The translations under genes and the position numbers were made by a program. A stretch of 32,000 bases of DNA from Erysipelotrichaceae bacterium MTC7. GTDB taxonomy: Bacteria > Bacillota_I > Bacilli_A > Erysipelotrichales > Erysipelotrichaceae. Under the pieces are notes generated by a model, which ran no database searches, was not told the origin of the DNA, and saw nothing but the letters and a program-made list of their open reading frames with translations. Shown here in pieces: positions 16,368 through 24,821 of the stretch (within the stretch, counting starts at the first letter, position 1; every line of letters starts with the position of its first letter). The stretch covers positions 60,001-92,000 of the forward strand of contig LVZN01000023.1 of NCBI GenBank assembly GCA_001695645.1. Direction: 5' to 3'.

Positions 16368-17202
16368 AATTTGTGATTCGTGTTTTATTTACCTTTTCTA
16401 CTGCTTTATCATAGTCTAGTTGAAATACTAATGCATATAAGACATCCACAATATATAGCTGCGTAATTCGCGAAGCCATTGCACCACTTCTAAACAAAGT
16501 TTCTTTGCTACTCACAGCAATCGATACATCCGCAATTGAAGCTAACGTATTCGATGTACTGCTTGTTATACATATAACATAACATCCATTTTTTTGACAC
16601 TCATTTGCAATCTCAATCATCTCTTTTGTTTCACCACTATATGAGAAGACCATTGCAACATGTTCTGAACTTGAGTTTAATGCTTGTACCCATTGTCTAT
16701 CATTTAGTTGATAGCAAGCAACGTTTTTTCCAATTCGCATAAATTTATATGTAGCATCCAAAGCAACTACATTTGATGCTCCAATACCATAAAAATCGAC
16801 AACCTGAGCTTTATGGATATTTTTAGCAGCCTCAACTAAACTTTCTTCGTTTAAGATCAATCGTGTTTCTTCAATTGAGTGGACATCAATATTCGTAATC
16901 TTATCAATTACTATTTTAGGAGTGTCTTCTCGATTGACGGTTGTTGTATCTAAAACATTCAAATGTACATTTTCAAAACCTTGTAACTCTGAAGCTATCA
17001 TAATTTTGAATTGGTTAAATCCTTTTGCCCCTACTCGCTTACATAGACGAACAACAGTAGCTGTAGACGTAAATGTTTGCTTAGCTACTTCATATATAGT
17101 CATATCTACGATATCTTTAGGGTTTTGTAAAATAAAATCTCTAATTTGCTTCTCTGCTTCAGGAAGATTACGATAATCTCTTAACTTTATAAGTACACTC
17201 AT
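16366..17202 (-). CDS. MurR/RpiR-family transcriptional regulator (HTH plus SIS domain)
   Basis: N-terminal HTH (TIYEVAKQTFTSTATVVRLCKRVGAKGFNQFK) and C-terminal SIS domain (VDFYGIGASNVVALDA..., VFSYSGETKE). RBS GAGGTG. Confidence 0.85.
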   Translation of the reverse strand: MSVLIKLRDYRNLPEAEKQIRDFILQNPKDIVDMTIYEVAKQTFTSTATVVRLCKRVGAKGFNQFKIMIASELQGFENVHLNVLDTTTVNREDTPKIVIDKITNIDVHSIEETRLILNEESLVEAAKNIHKAQVVDFYGIGASNVVALDATYKFMRIGKNVACYQLNDRQWVQALNSSSEHVAMVFSYSGETKEMIEIANECQKNGCYVICITSSTSNTLASIADVSIAVSSKETLFRSGAMASRITQLYIVDVLYALVFQLDYDKAVEKVNKTRITN

Positions 17203-17221
17203 GTTTCACCTCGTTTGTTTC

Positions 17222-17250
17222 ACTATAACAAAGTGTATATTATTTATCAA
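17222..17250 (-). promoter_or_regulatory. Candidate promoter of the RpiR-family regulator
   Basis: Minus strand: TTGATA, 17 nt, TATAGT. Confidence 0.5.
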
Positions 17251-17254
17251 ACAT

Positions 17255-17278
17255 TAAAAAAACAGCTCACGCTGTTTC
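17255..17278 (-). terminator. Terminator of the EIIA-Glc gene
   Basis: Minus strand: aacagc-gtga-gctgtt followed by TTTTTTT, directly after the stop codon. Confidence 0.7.
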
Positions 17279-17279
17279 A

Positions 17280-17759
17280 TTATGCTACGTTAATACGGTC
17301 TTCTTCTGCAAGTTCACATGGACCAGTTTTTACTTCTACACTTTGTCCATCTAAATTTAAGAAAATAACCATGACATCAGTTGAAGGTACTTTTGGTGCA
17401 ATTGCTTGCAGATCCATCAAGGCAATTGGTTCTCCTGCAACGACTTTTTGCCCTTCTTTTACTTTTGACGTAAACCCTTCACCTTTTAGGTTTACCGTAT
17501 CAATACCCATGTGTACCATGATTTCTTTTCCATCATTTGCAACCATAGTAATCGCATGTTTTGTCGGGAAAATTGATCCAATGGTTCCGCTTGCTGGAGC
17601 ACAAATTGTTCCTTCTGTTGGTGCTACTGCATATCCATCACCCATGGCTTTGCTAGCAAATACTTGATCTTCTACTTCTGTAATTGGTTTAAGACTTCCT
17701 TTTGCGACTGTCACAATTCCCTTCTTTGCTTCTACTTTTACTTTCTTTTTAAAAAACAT
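17280..17759 (-). CDS. crr: PTS glucose-family EIIA (Crr-like), stand-alone
   Basis: VFASKAMGDGYAV, FPTKHAITM and IMVHMGIDTVNLKGEGF carry both conserved His residues of EIIA-Glc. RBS AGGAGGA. Confidence 0.9.
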   Translation of the reverse strand: MFFKKKVKVEAKKGIVTVAKGSLKPITEVEDQVFASKAMGDGYAVAPTEGTICAPASGTIGSIFPTKHAITMVANDGKEIMVHMGIDTVNLKGEGFTSKVKEGQKVVAGEPIALMDLQAIAPKVPSTDVMVIFLNLDGQSVEVKTGPCELAEEDRINVA

Positions 17760-17802
17760 CTTGTCCTCCTGTGCACTTCATTGTTTTAAAACTAACTCTA
17801 GT

Positions 17803-18342
17803 TTAACACAAAAATCCACTTTTTTTAAATGATGGATCAAAGGTAAGTAAGTCACATTCCACGGCTTGTCGTGGGATCACATAGCGACCATCTTTTTTCA
17901 CTGGATTTTCTGCAAGATCCAAACTTACATTTATGACAAGTTTGCTATTTAAGTCAATTTCCCATGTTCGCATATTTTGTGCACTTCGCATGTATTGCTG
18001 CATGACACCAAGCACTTTTCTTGATGTCGTTTTGTGAATATACAAATGTTGCTTGTGACTAAAGTCCAAATACATGGCAACATGGTAGTCATCCAATCCT
18101 TGTAGTTTTGTTGCAGTCAGCAAAGCTTGTTGCCACAACCATTCAAGATTTCGTAGTTCAACTTCACATACTCCCTCTAACACTAAGGGATAGTAGGTGC
18201 GCTCGTGGACAAAAATGACACGATAACTATCCTGCAACTCCACAATGTTACAATACCACGAAAACAGTGAATTGTAGTCCACTTGGATTTCTTCGCAGAC
18301 AACAACATGTTTTAATACCTTCTTCGTGCAAAAAAAGTTCAT
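17803..18342 (-). CDS. Conserved hypothetical cytoplasmic protein (179 aa)
   Basis: Good RBS (GAGGTG). MNFFCTKKVLKHV...LFSWYCNIVELQDSYRVIFVHERTYYPLVLEGV. From memory, the N-terminal pattern resembles a widespread Firmicute DUF family that starts M..HCTKKLL...LFSWHANL. This is unverified. Confidence 0.5.
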   Translation of the reverse strand: MNFFCTKKVLKHVVVCEEIQVDYNSLFSWYCNIVELQDSYRVIFVHERTYYPLVLEGVCEVELRNLEWLWQQALLTATKLQGLDDYHVAMYLDFSHKQHLYIHKTTSRKVLGVMQQYMRSAQNMRTWEIDLNSKLVINVSLDLAENPVKKDGRYVIPRQAVECDLLTFDPSFKKSGFLC

Positions 18343-18373
18343 CCAGTCACCTCGTTTTCATCATAACATGATG

Positions 18374-18398
18374 AAAAAAAGAGGCAAGAAGTTGCCTC
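18374..18398 (-). terminator. Terminator of the phosphofructokinase gene
   Basis: Minus strand: gaggcaa-cttc-ttgcctc followed by TTTTTTT. Confidence 0.75.
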
Positions 18399-18446
18399 GA
18401 TTTATTTTATAATTATTTTGTTTTGTATCTTATTATGAAAGTAAGA

Positions 18447-19664
18447 TTATTTTGCTTGCATGTAGTAAGGAACTACGTAAGCAGGTACCCCATTTTCCAT
18501 AATTAAGTCTGGTTCACCCATGATTAATGGTTGAATGTAATCGTGACCTTCTTGTGTAAGACCAGCGTAGTTAGGTAAAATCCATTCAGCAGGAATGTTT
18601 TTTACGTGGTTAGCGAAATCGTGAGCAGGTCCAGCTACGTAATCAACATCGTATTCTTTACCTGGTTTACGAACAACACCAACAACTTGTCCAGTGTATT
18701 CTGGGTTCATTGAACGCATGTGTGCACTTTGTCCAAGTTTGAAACTTTCTTCAACATCTACTTTAGATTGGATGTAGTTAGCACAACGTTGTGCAGTACT
18801 TAAATCTTGTACTTTTGCACGTGGTGCAACACCAGCTTCTAAGATCATGTTTTTAAGAGCGTTACCAGCTCCACCTAATACAGCATGTCCGAATCCATCG
18901 TTGCTTGCTTTAGCAGCAGCAAGGTAAGAACCGTCAGCGTAGTGAGCACCTTCACTAACTACAACGTAACATTTTCCTTTTTCGTCCATTACTTTTTTAA
19001 CTTGTGCTAAGAATAAGTCTTGATCGAAGTCTACTTCTGGTAATACTAAGATATCAACTTTTCCTGATACTACTGAAGATCCTGCTAACCATCCAGCATC
19101 TCTTCCCATTGTTTCAAGAATGAATACTTCTGGGCGAGTTTCTGGAGCGTAAACATTTAAGTCTAACCAAGTAGATACAACAACTGCGTTAACAAATTTT
19201 GCTGCTGAAGCAAATCCTGGACAGTGGTCAGTAACCATAAGGTCGTTATCTACAGTTTTTGGACATCCAACGAAACGTTTGTTGATTCCGTTTTTCTTAG
19301 CCCATGAACTTAATGCATCAACTGTATCCATTGAGTCGTTTCCACCGATGTAGAAAAGAATTTCAATGTCATATTTTTCCATGATATCAACTAAACGTTG
19401 GTAATCTTTATCGTCATCTCTTTTTAATTTGTAACGACATGATCCTAACGCACTTGATGGAGTTTGACAAAGAATTTGGTTTTCTCTATCACTCATGTTT
19501 GTTAAGTCGTAGAATCTTTCTTCTAAAATTCCTTCAATACCGTTTAGTCCACCATATACAGTGTCATAAATTGGGTTTAATTGGTTTGCTTTAACAATTC
19601 CCGCTACTGTAGCGTTAATAACTGTTGTAGGTCCACCAGATTGTGCAATTAAACAATTTGCCAT
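18447..19664 (-). CDS. pfp: 6-phosphofructokinase, PPi-dependent type by signature residues
   Basis: Start MANCLIAQSGGPTTVINA at 19664 with AGGAGG upstream. IGGNDSMDT has Asp where ATP-PFK has the GGDGS Gly. VGCPKTVDNDL has Lys where ATP-PFK has the PGTIDND Gly. Both substitutions mark PPi-PFKs. Confidence 0.8.
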   Translation of the reverse strand: MANCLIAQSGGPTTVINATVAGIVKANQLNPIYDTVYGGLNGIEGILEERFYDLTNMSDRENQILCQTPSSALGSCRYKLKRDDDKDYQRLVDIMEKYDIEILFYIGGNDSMDTVDALSSWAKKNGINKRFVGCPKTVDNDLMVTDHCPGFASAAKFVNAVVVSTWLDLNVYAPETRPEVFILETMGRDAGWLAGSSVVSGKVDILVLPEVDFDQDLFLAQVKKVMDEKGKCYVVVSEGAHYADGSYLAAAKASNDGFGHAVLGGAGNALKNMILEAGVAPRAKVQDLSTAQRCANYIQSKVDVEESFKLGQSAHMRSMNPEYTGQVVGVVRKPGKEYDVDYVAGPAHDFANHVKNIPAEWILPNYAGLTQEGHDYIQPLIMGEPDLIMENGVPAYVVPYYMQAK

Positions 19665-19819
19665 TTCTAAAGTCCTCCTGTAATTATACAATACCCTAAT
19701 ATATTACCATTTGCCTAACCGCTTTTCAATAAAACTTGAGATTTCTTTCACGAACTTTGAAAAGTATGTATAATATTTCTATGACAAGTTCAAAACAACA
19801 ACGAAATTGGTGGATGATC

Positions 19820-20365
19820 ATGAATATAACTGGATTATTCCTACTTCCTGGACTATCCATCTACATTGCCACAAGAAGTCATTTACTGTATGAAAACTTT
19901 ACCTATGTGGGAAATCAAAGCGCGTATCGCCCCATCTTTTTGACTTGGGGAATTTTGCTATCGATGCATATGTTAGTGACCTTTATCGCCTTGTTGAAAA
20001 TCACGCATAACCAACATGCTAGTTATATCTTACTTGTAAGCATTCTAGGTATCTTGCATGGTATCTCTTATGTACTTCCTTACAACAAGGATACAAGTTT
20101 GCTTGCAAGCGAATTGCATGTGTACATATCAATTGCAACTTTTATTGGCTACATCTTGCTTTTGCTTTTGTATATGTACCGTTTACATAATTTTTATTTA
20201 TTTATCACAACTGTCAAAGCAATGATCACACTTTTGGTTGCCATGTTTTTTAGTTTAATGCTTACTGGCGACATCTCAAGTGTGGTGGAACTTATCAACA
20301 CCAATTATATGTCCATCTTCATGCTATACTTGCTTAAGAAAACAAAACGTTATCAATATGGGTAA
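19820..20365 (+). CDS. Polytopic membrane protein of unknown function
   Basis: About six hydrophobic segments. A TGtATAAT box at 19765-19772 lies inside the 209-aa track ORF, so the start must be downstream. Candidates are ATG 19820 (GGTGG 6 nt upstream, chosen here), 19781 and 19814. Confidence 0.5.
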   Translation: MNITGLFLLPGLSIYIATRSHLLYENFTYVGNQSAYRPIFLTWGILLSMHMLVTFIALLKITHNQHASYILLVSILGILHGISYVLPYNKDTSLLASELHVYISIATFIGYILLLLLYMYRLHNFYLFITTVKAMITLLVAMFFSLMLTGDISSVVELINTNYMSIFMLYLLKKTKRYQYG

Positions 20366-20375
20366 GTGTTCTTGT

Positions 20376-20636
20376 ATTGTTCAACTTTGTTCAGTCAATT
20401 TTCACCATTCATTCTAAATGTTATCATGCCCTTGGTTTATGATATAGACAGTTAAGGAGGTGAACATGAGCCAAGAAGAAATCATGCTGGCTTATATTCT
20501 TAAGCTAGTTGCAACGAAAAAGAAATAATATTCTCTTTATACATACACACATAAACATAACAAAAATTTATATTCTCCCTTTTAAAATAAAATAATTGTA
20601 GAAAGCAATGCATCCTCCCCTGCATTGCTTTTTTTA
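20376..20636 (+). ncRNA. Module A of a tandem pair: direct-repeat box, -10, SD, 20-codon sORF, CU-rich motifs, terminator
   Basis: TTGTTCA (20377), TTGTTCA (20387) and ATTTTCA (20398) are spaced 10 and 11 bp apart. TATGAT at 20438. AAGGAGGTGAAC-ATG. Motifs TATTCTCTTT and TATTCTCCCTTTT. Terminator aagcaatgca-tcctcccc-tgcattgctt plus T7 (20603-20636). Confidence 0.5.
20466..20528 (+). CDS. Small ORF, 20 aa: MSQEEIMLAYILKLVATKKK
   Basis: Canonical SD AAGGAGG 5 nt upstream, own -10 box and own terminator. Not conserved in module B, so translation is uncertain. Confidence 0.4.
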   Translation: MSQEEIMLAYILKLVATKKK

Positions 20637-20667
20637 CTCTCATGTATTTTTTCCATATTGTTTTCCC

Positions 20668-20930
20668 ATTGTTCAACTTTGTTCAAACAATCTTCACAAA
20701 GTTTCCTTATGAATATCATAGACAAGGGCTATGATATAGACAGTCAAGGAGGTGAACAAGAAAGCAAGAAACATGAGCGTTTCTTACATACGAAACACAT
20801 AAAAAATAATATTCTCCCTAAAATATTATAATTTGAATACAAGATAAATAATGAAAATTTATATTCTCCCTTTTTAAATAAACAACAAATAAAAAAGTAA
20901 CTCATACCTCCCCTTTGAGTTACTTTTTAT
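20668..20930 (+). ncRNA. Module B, a paralogous copy of module A 292 bp downstream; the ATG after the SD is lost
   Basis: Same box (TTGTTCA 20669, TTGTTCA 20679, ATCTTCA 20690) and the same 62-bp distance to TATGAT (20730). Same SD AAGGAGGTGAAC, then AAG instead of ATG. Motifs TATTCTCCCT and TATTCTCCCTTTTT. Terminator aagtaactca-tacctcccctt-tgagttactt plus T-run (20895-20929). Confidence 0.5.
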
Positions 20931-20932
20931 GT

Positions 20933-21622
20933 TTACATATCAAGTGCAAACAGTTTTCTGATACTTAGACACAACTCTTGTTCATTGTAGACAACATAAT
21001 CTGCTTTGACTTCATTACTAGCAACATCTTTCTTCTTCAACCAAATGCATTTCCATCCTGCGTTTTTTGCCCCAACGACATCGTTGGCATAGGAATCACC
21101 TACATAAAGATAATCATCTCCAGTTCCTGCCATTTCAAAGATTTCAAGATTTGGTTTCATGATCCCAACTTCCCCAGAAATGAAGATATTTTCTAGCTTG
21201 AACCAACGTTCAAGTCCAAGTTGTTTAATTTTCATACGTTGATGGGCAGCATCTCCGTTGGTAATCACACCAATGCTCACTTGTTTAGCAACCAGTGCAT
21301 CAAGTAAGTTTACCATATCTTGGGATAGTTCAATTTTTGTTTGATTCGATTGATACGCTTCTTGAAATATCAGTGCTTGTGTACGATCAATGACATATCC
21401 ATAGTGTTCACACATCTTCGTACAACGGTACACGTGCAAATCTTGTAAACTCATTTCACCATTTTGCATTTGCCCAAAGACTTGTTCACTATAGTGTTGA
21501 AAAGTGTCATACACTTCTTGAACAGGGTGGGCAAGCAAGTGAGGAAACACTTGTTTACATGCGCGTGCAAAAGGTTGTACACGATCATATAAAGTATCAT
21601 CTAAATCAAAGTATAATTTCAT
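20933..21622 (-). CDS. HAD-superfamily hydrolase (subfamily IA, YjjG-like nucleotidase/phosphatase)
   Basis: MKLYFDLDDTLYDR (DxD nucleophile motif), GVITNGD, YVGDSYANDVVGAKNAGW. ATG 21622 preferred (GGGAGAA upstream); the track start is 21637. Confidence 0.75.
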   Translation of the reverse strand: MKLYFDLDDTLYDRVQPFARACKQVFPHLLAHPVQEVYDTFQHYSEQVFGQMQNGEMSLQDLHVYRCTKMCEHYGYVIDRTQALIFQEAYQSNQTKIELSQDMVNLLDALVAKQVSIGVITNGDAAHQRMKIKQLGLERWFKLENIFISGEVGIMKPNLEIFEMAGTGDDYLYVGDSYANDVVGAKNAGWKCIWLKKKDVASNEVKADYVVYNEQELCLSIRKLFALDM

Positions 21623-21641
21623 AAGTTCTCCCATCAAAATA

Positions 21642-21663
21642 GAAAGCTAGGATCCTAGCTTTC
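21642..21663 (-). terminator. Perfect 22-bp palindrome overlapping the ABC-F stop codon (weak terminator or processing hairpin)
   Basis: GAAAGCTAGGATCCTAGCTTTC. On the minus strand it is followed by TATTTTG. Confidence 0.4.
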
Positions 21664-23511
21664 CATGTATTCACTGTATTCTTCCCAAAGCTCCATCATT
21701 TGGCTAATCTGTGTATGAACATCATCAATTTGTTCATCAAGTTCGTTCATCTTATTAGCATCTTGATAGTACTCAGGTTCAAAACGCAATTCACGAAGTG
21801 CTTCAAGTTCTTCTTCCGCTTTGGCAATCTTCTTTTCTAAACGTGAAACCTCACGTCCATAATTGATATGTTTTGGCTTTTCTTTTTTTGCCTTTGTGTC
21901 GATTTTACTTTCCACAACCACTTGTGCTTTTTCTTTTTCATGAAACTCAGACAAACTGAGTGGTTGATAGACAGCTACTCCATCATCAATCTTTAGAATT
22001 CCATTGGCTAATTTACTAATGAAATATCGATCATGACTGACAAACAACATCGTTCCATCATAGTTCAACAACGATTCTTCAAGTGCTTCTTTACCGACAA
22101 TATCCAAGTGATTGGTAGGTTCATCAAGCAGTAAGCAGTTTGGCTTTTGTAGCATTAAATCCACAAACGAAAGTCGTACTTTTTCGCCTCCACTAAGAAC
22201 GCGCACTTCCTTGAAGACTTCCTCACCATGAAACAGTAAACTTCCTAGAGCGGAATGTACTTCCGTTCGACTCAAATCAGGATATTTATCCCAAACGGTT
22301 TCTAAAACTGTATCTGTATTGTTTTTAAACTGGGTTAACTCTTGATCAAAATAACCAATTTCAATTTGGTGACCAAACATGAAGGAACCAGACAAAGGTT
22401 CAACCAGTCCCATCAAGGTTTTTAAAAAGGTTGATTTTCCTTGTCCATTTCCACCAATGATGGCAATTCGTTGTCCACGTAAAACTTCTAAGTTAATGTT
22501 ACACAAAGGAACATCATACCCAATGGTTAAATCATTCACACTTAAGACCTGGTTTCCTCCTTTGATGCGACTTTTGAATGAAGCATGAAAACTTCGTGTA
22601 TCACTTTGCATCAAATCGATTTTCTCCATGCGGTCCAAGTATTTCATTTTTGATTGGGCCATTTTCGCTTTATTTGCCTTATAGCGGAACTTTTCAATGG
22701 TTTGCTCGACCCGTTCAATCTCTTCTTGTTGGTTTGCATAAGCACGACGATTTCGTTCCATCTCCACTTTTTTCGCTTCCACATAGTGCGAATAGTTTCC
22801 AACGTATTTATGCATCTTACCAAGTTCAAGTTCATAAACGATATCGACAACCCGATCCAAGAAGGTTCGATCGTGACTCACCATCACGACTGCTTTTGGA
22901 TAATATTGAATATATCCTTCCAACCATTCAATCGTGTCAATATCCAGATGGTTGGTTGGCTCATCCAGCAATAAAATATCTGGTTTGCTTAATAATAATT
23001 TAACGAACGCCAATCTGGTTTTTTGCCCACCAGAAAACTGTGATACTTGCTTTTGCATATCTTCAAGTGCAAAGCCAAATTTCGTGAAAATCGTTTGAAT
23101 TTCACTTTTGTAGGTGTAACCACCAAGTCGTTCGTGTTCTTCTTGAAGCTTTCCATACAGTGCTAATGTCTCTTCACTGTGGTCAATCTCCATTTGTTTA
23201 CTCACATCGATGAGTTGTTTTTCTATGTTATGTAGGTCTTCAAAGATTTTCTCAAACTCTGTTTCGACCGTATGATCCTCACTAAAGAAGGTTGTTTGGG
23301 CAAGATATCCAATTTGGATGTTGCGGTCATGGTGAATATCTCCACCATCCAAACGCTCTTCACCAGCGATAATTTTTAAAAGTGTGGTTTTTCCACACCC
23401 ATTGCGCCCAACAATCGCAACTTTTTCTTTATCTTTGACTTCAAAGGTAAGATTGCTAAAGATATCATGGGCACCAAAGGATTTACTTCCTTTACTTATT
23501 TGATATCGCAT
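21655..23511 (-). CDS. ABC-F family ATPase (two ABC domains, PtIM-like linker, C-terminal coiled coil); translation-factor type, no membrane domain
   Basis: Start MRYQISKGSKSFG at 23511 (GGAGGA 6 nt upstream, 2 nt after the upstream stop). Walker A GRNGCGKTT and GGNGQGKST. Signatures FSGGQKTRL and LSGGEKVRL. Walker B LLLDEPTNHLD occurs twice. Confidence 0.9.
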   Translation of the reverse strand: MRYQISKGSKSFGAHDIFSNLTFEVKDKEKVAIVGRNGCGKTTLLKIIAGEERLDGGDIHHDRNIQIGYLAQTTFFSEDHTVETEFEKIFEDLHNIEKQLIDVSKQMEIDHSEETLALYGKLQEEHERLGGYTYKSEIQTIFTKFGFALEDMQKQVSQFSGGQKTRLAFVKLLLSKPDILLLDEPTNHLDIDTIEWLEGYIQYYPKAVVMVSHDRTFLDRVVDIVYELELGKMHKYVGNYSHYVEAKKVEMERNRRAYANQQEEIERVEQTIEKFRYKANKAKMAQSKMKYLDRMEKIDLMQSDTRSFHASFKSRIKGGNQVLSVNDLTIGYDVPLCNINLEVLRGQRIAIIGGNGQGKSTFLKTLMGLVEPLSGSFMFGHQIEIGYFDQELTQFKNNTDTVLETVWDKYPDLSRTEVHSALGSLLFHGEEVFKEVRVLSGGEKVRLSFVDLMLQKPNCLLLDEPTNHLDIVGKEALEESLLNYDGTMLFVSHDRYFISKLANGILKIDDGVAVYQPLSLSEFHEKEKAQVVVESKIDTKAKKEKPKHINYGREVSRLEKKIAKAEEELEALRELRFEPEYYQDANKMNELDEQIDDVHTQISQMMELWEEYSEYMES

Positions 23512-23513
23512 AT

Positions 23514-24821
23514 TTATTCCTCCAACTGTAAATATGTGGAAATGGAATTGGCTAGCGAAGTAATGATTTGATCTTTTTGTTCCTTCCAAGTATTGGCATC
23601 GTTTTTATTGCTCACAAAACCGAAATAAATATGTAAACTATTCATACCATATGGGTTGTTGTAGGCAAATGACGCCGTTCCCTTTTTCGTATTTTCTGAG
23701 TAAAGACCAGCTTGCGTTGCACGTCCTCCGCTTTCACGGATCCACAAATCACTATCGTAAACCGTACGTTCATCAAGCAATCCAGCTAGCAAGTTGGATT
23801 GAATTACCCCAACTTCATCGGTGGATTTCATATACACTGTACAGCCTTTTAATCCTGTTTTTTGATGGAAATCATACCCGATACGCGCAGCAAACATATT
23901 GCTTGCATGACCAGAATAAAATATATTAAAACCACTTGCATCACTACTTACATCACTATCAAGTGCCAAACGGAAATAGTACTTTGCACCAGCTTCATAT
24001 GCCTTTGCTAAGCGACCATCTCGTCCATAGGTATCAATTGCATCTGAATCGTTACGCAACACCAATACCTTTAACCCTTTGGCTTCTAGTTTTTCTTTTA
24101 AACTTACTGCAGCTTGGTACATTTCTTGGGCTTCCACCAAACCATTTCCTTCATTCCCATTTGTCACCACCCCATTGGTAAATGACGCATCAAGTCCTGC
24201 TGGATCAATGGCAACATCATAGGTATGTTTCTTTATCTTCTTTTCTGTTACTTCAACAAAAAGATAATTCTTTTTCATTTTTATATCGTAATCTTGTAAG
24301 AGATTTTGATTCGTGAAGACTCGCACTTGTTGATTCTTACCATGTCGAGTTATCGTCATAATGGAATCATCAACATCTCCATCAAACACGATACGTTTAT
24401 CTGTTAGATTCTCACTCACGTATAGTTCATACATACCAGGTGTTAAATTTCCTAACATAATTTTTCGGTCCAACCCTTTATCCACCACAAATGGTGTTTC
24501 TTCACCGGTGCAAAGGTTTTTTAACTTTACCGTTAGTGAACTTAAACCATCTGCAAGTTCACCTTTATATGCATCTTTAAATAGTGCTAAACTCTCCCCA
24601 TAAAACGTATAATCTTTAATGGTAAAATCCGCCTTGGCATCTTGATTGATTGCCTTGACGGTCTTTTCCCCGCTATAGTCACAAATTGTATAGTTTTCTT
24701 TTGTTTCTTCATTTTGTCCAAGCAGCAAATGTACCCCTAGGTACGCAATTAAAACAAGCAATGCCAAAAGTGGTATCACAACTTTATAGTTTAATTTTTT
24801 GCGTCTTGGTGCATAACTCAT
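23514..24821 (-). CDS. Membrane-anchored Amidase_3-like (N-acetylmuramoyl-L-alanine amidase fold) protein with apparently degenerate catalytic residues
   Basis: N-terminal TM (VVIPLLALLVLIAYLGVHLLL), a beta-rich middle region, and a C-terminal region that aligns by eye to Amidase_3. VAIDPAGLD matches IDPGHGG, YYFRLALDSD matches lfiSiHaNa, GFNIFYSG matches Gfevyy, and LHIYFGFVSNKND matches LvElGFlsN. Confidence 0.6.
   Translation of the reverse strand: MSYAPRRKKLNYKVVIPLLALLVLIAYLGVHLLLGQNEETKENYTICDYSGEKTVKAINQDAKADFTIKDYTFYGESLALFKDAYKGELADGLSSLTVKLKNLCTGEETPFVVDKGLDRKIMLGNLTPGMYELYVSENLTDKRIVFDGDVDDSIMTITRHGKNQQVRVFTNQNLLQDYDIKMKKNYLFVEVTEKKIKKHTYDVAIDPAGLDASFTNGVVTNGNEGNGLVEAQEMYQAAVSLKEKLEAKGLKVLVLRNDSDAIDTYGRDGRLAKAYEAGAKYYFRLALDSDVSSDASGFNIFYSGHASNMFAARIGYDFHQKTGLKGCTVYMKSTDEVGVIQSNLLAGLLDERTVYDSDLWIRESGGRATQAGLYSENTKKGTASFAYNNPYGMNSLHIYFGFVSNKNDANTWKEQKDQIITSLANSISTYLQLEE

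Noticed and set aside
20625-20831. 68-aa ORF in the orphan intergenic region
   Set aside because: It starts inside the module A terminator, runs through the module B promoter box and SD, and has no RBS. Its reading frame is not conserved between the two modules.
20380-20932. Minus-strand small ORFs behind the AGGGAGAATA motifs (reverse complement of TATTCTCCCT), and a 57-codon ORF starting in the module B terminator
   Set aside because: SD-to-ATG spacings are 13-14 nt or 0 nt. The ORFs are not conserved between modules, and module A lacks the ATG at one site. The motifs are better explained as plus-strand CU-rich RNA elements.
21642-21663. Perfect palindrome containing GGATCC as a possible mobile-element end or cloning scar
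   Set aside because: It is a single copy, overlaps the ABC-F stop codon and is followed by a T-rich tract on the coding strand. This fits a transcript-end hairpin. No partner repeat or transposase is present.
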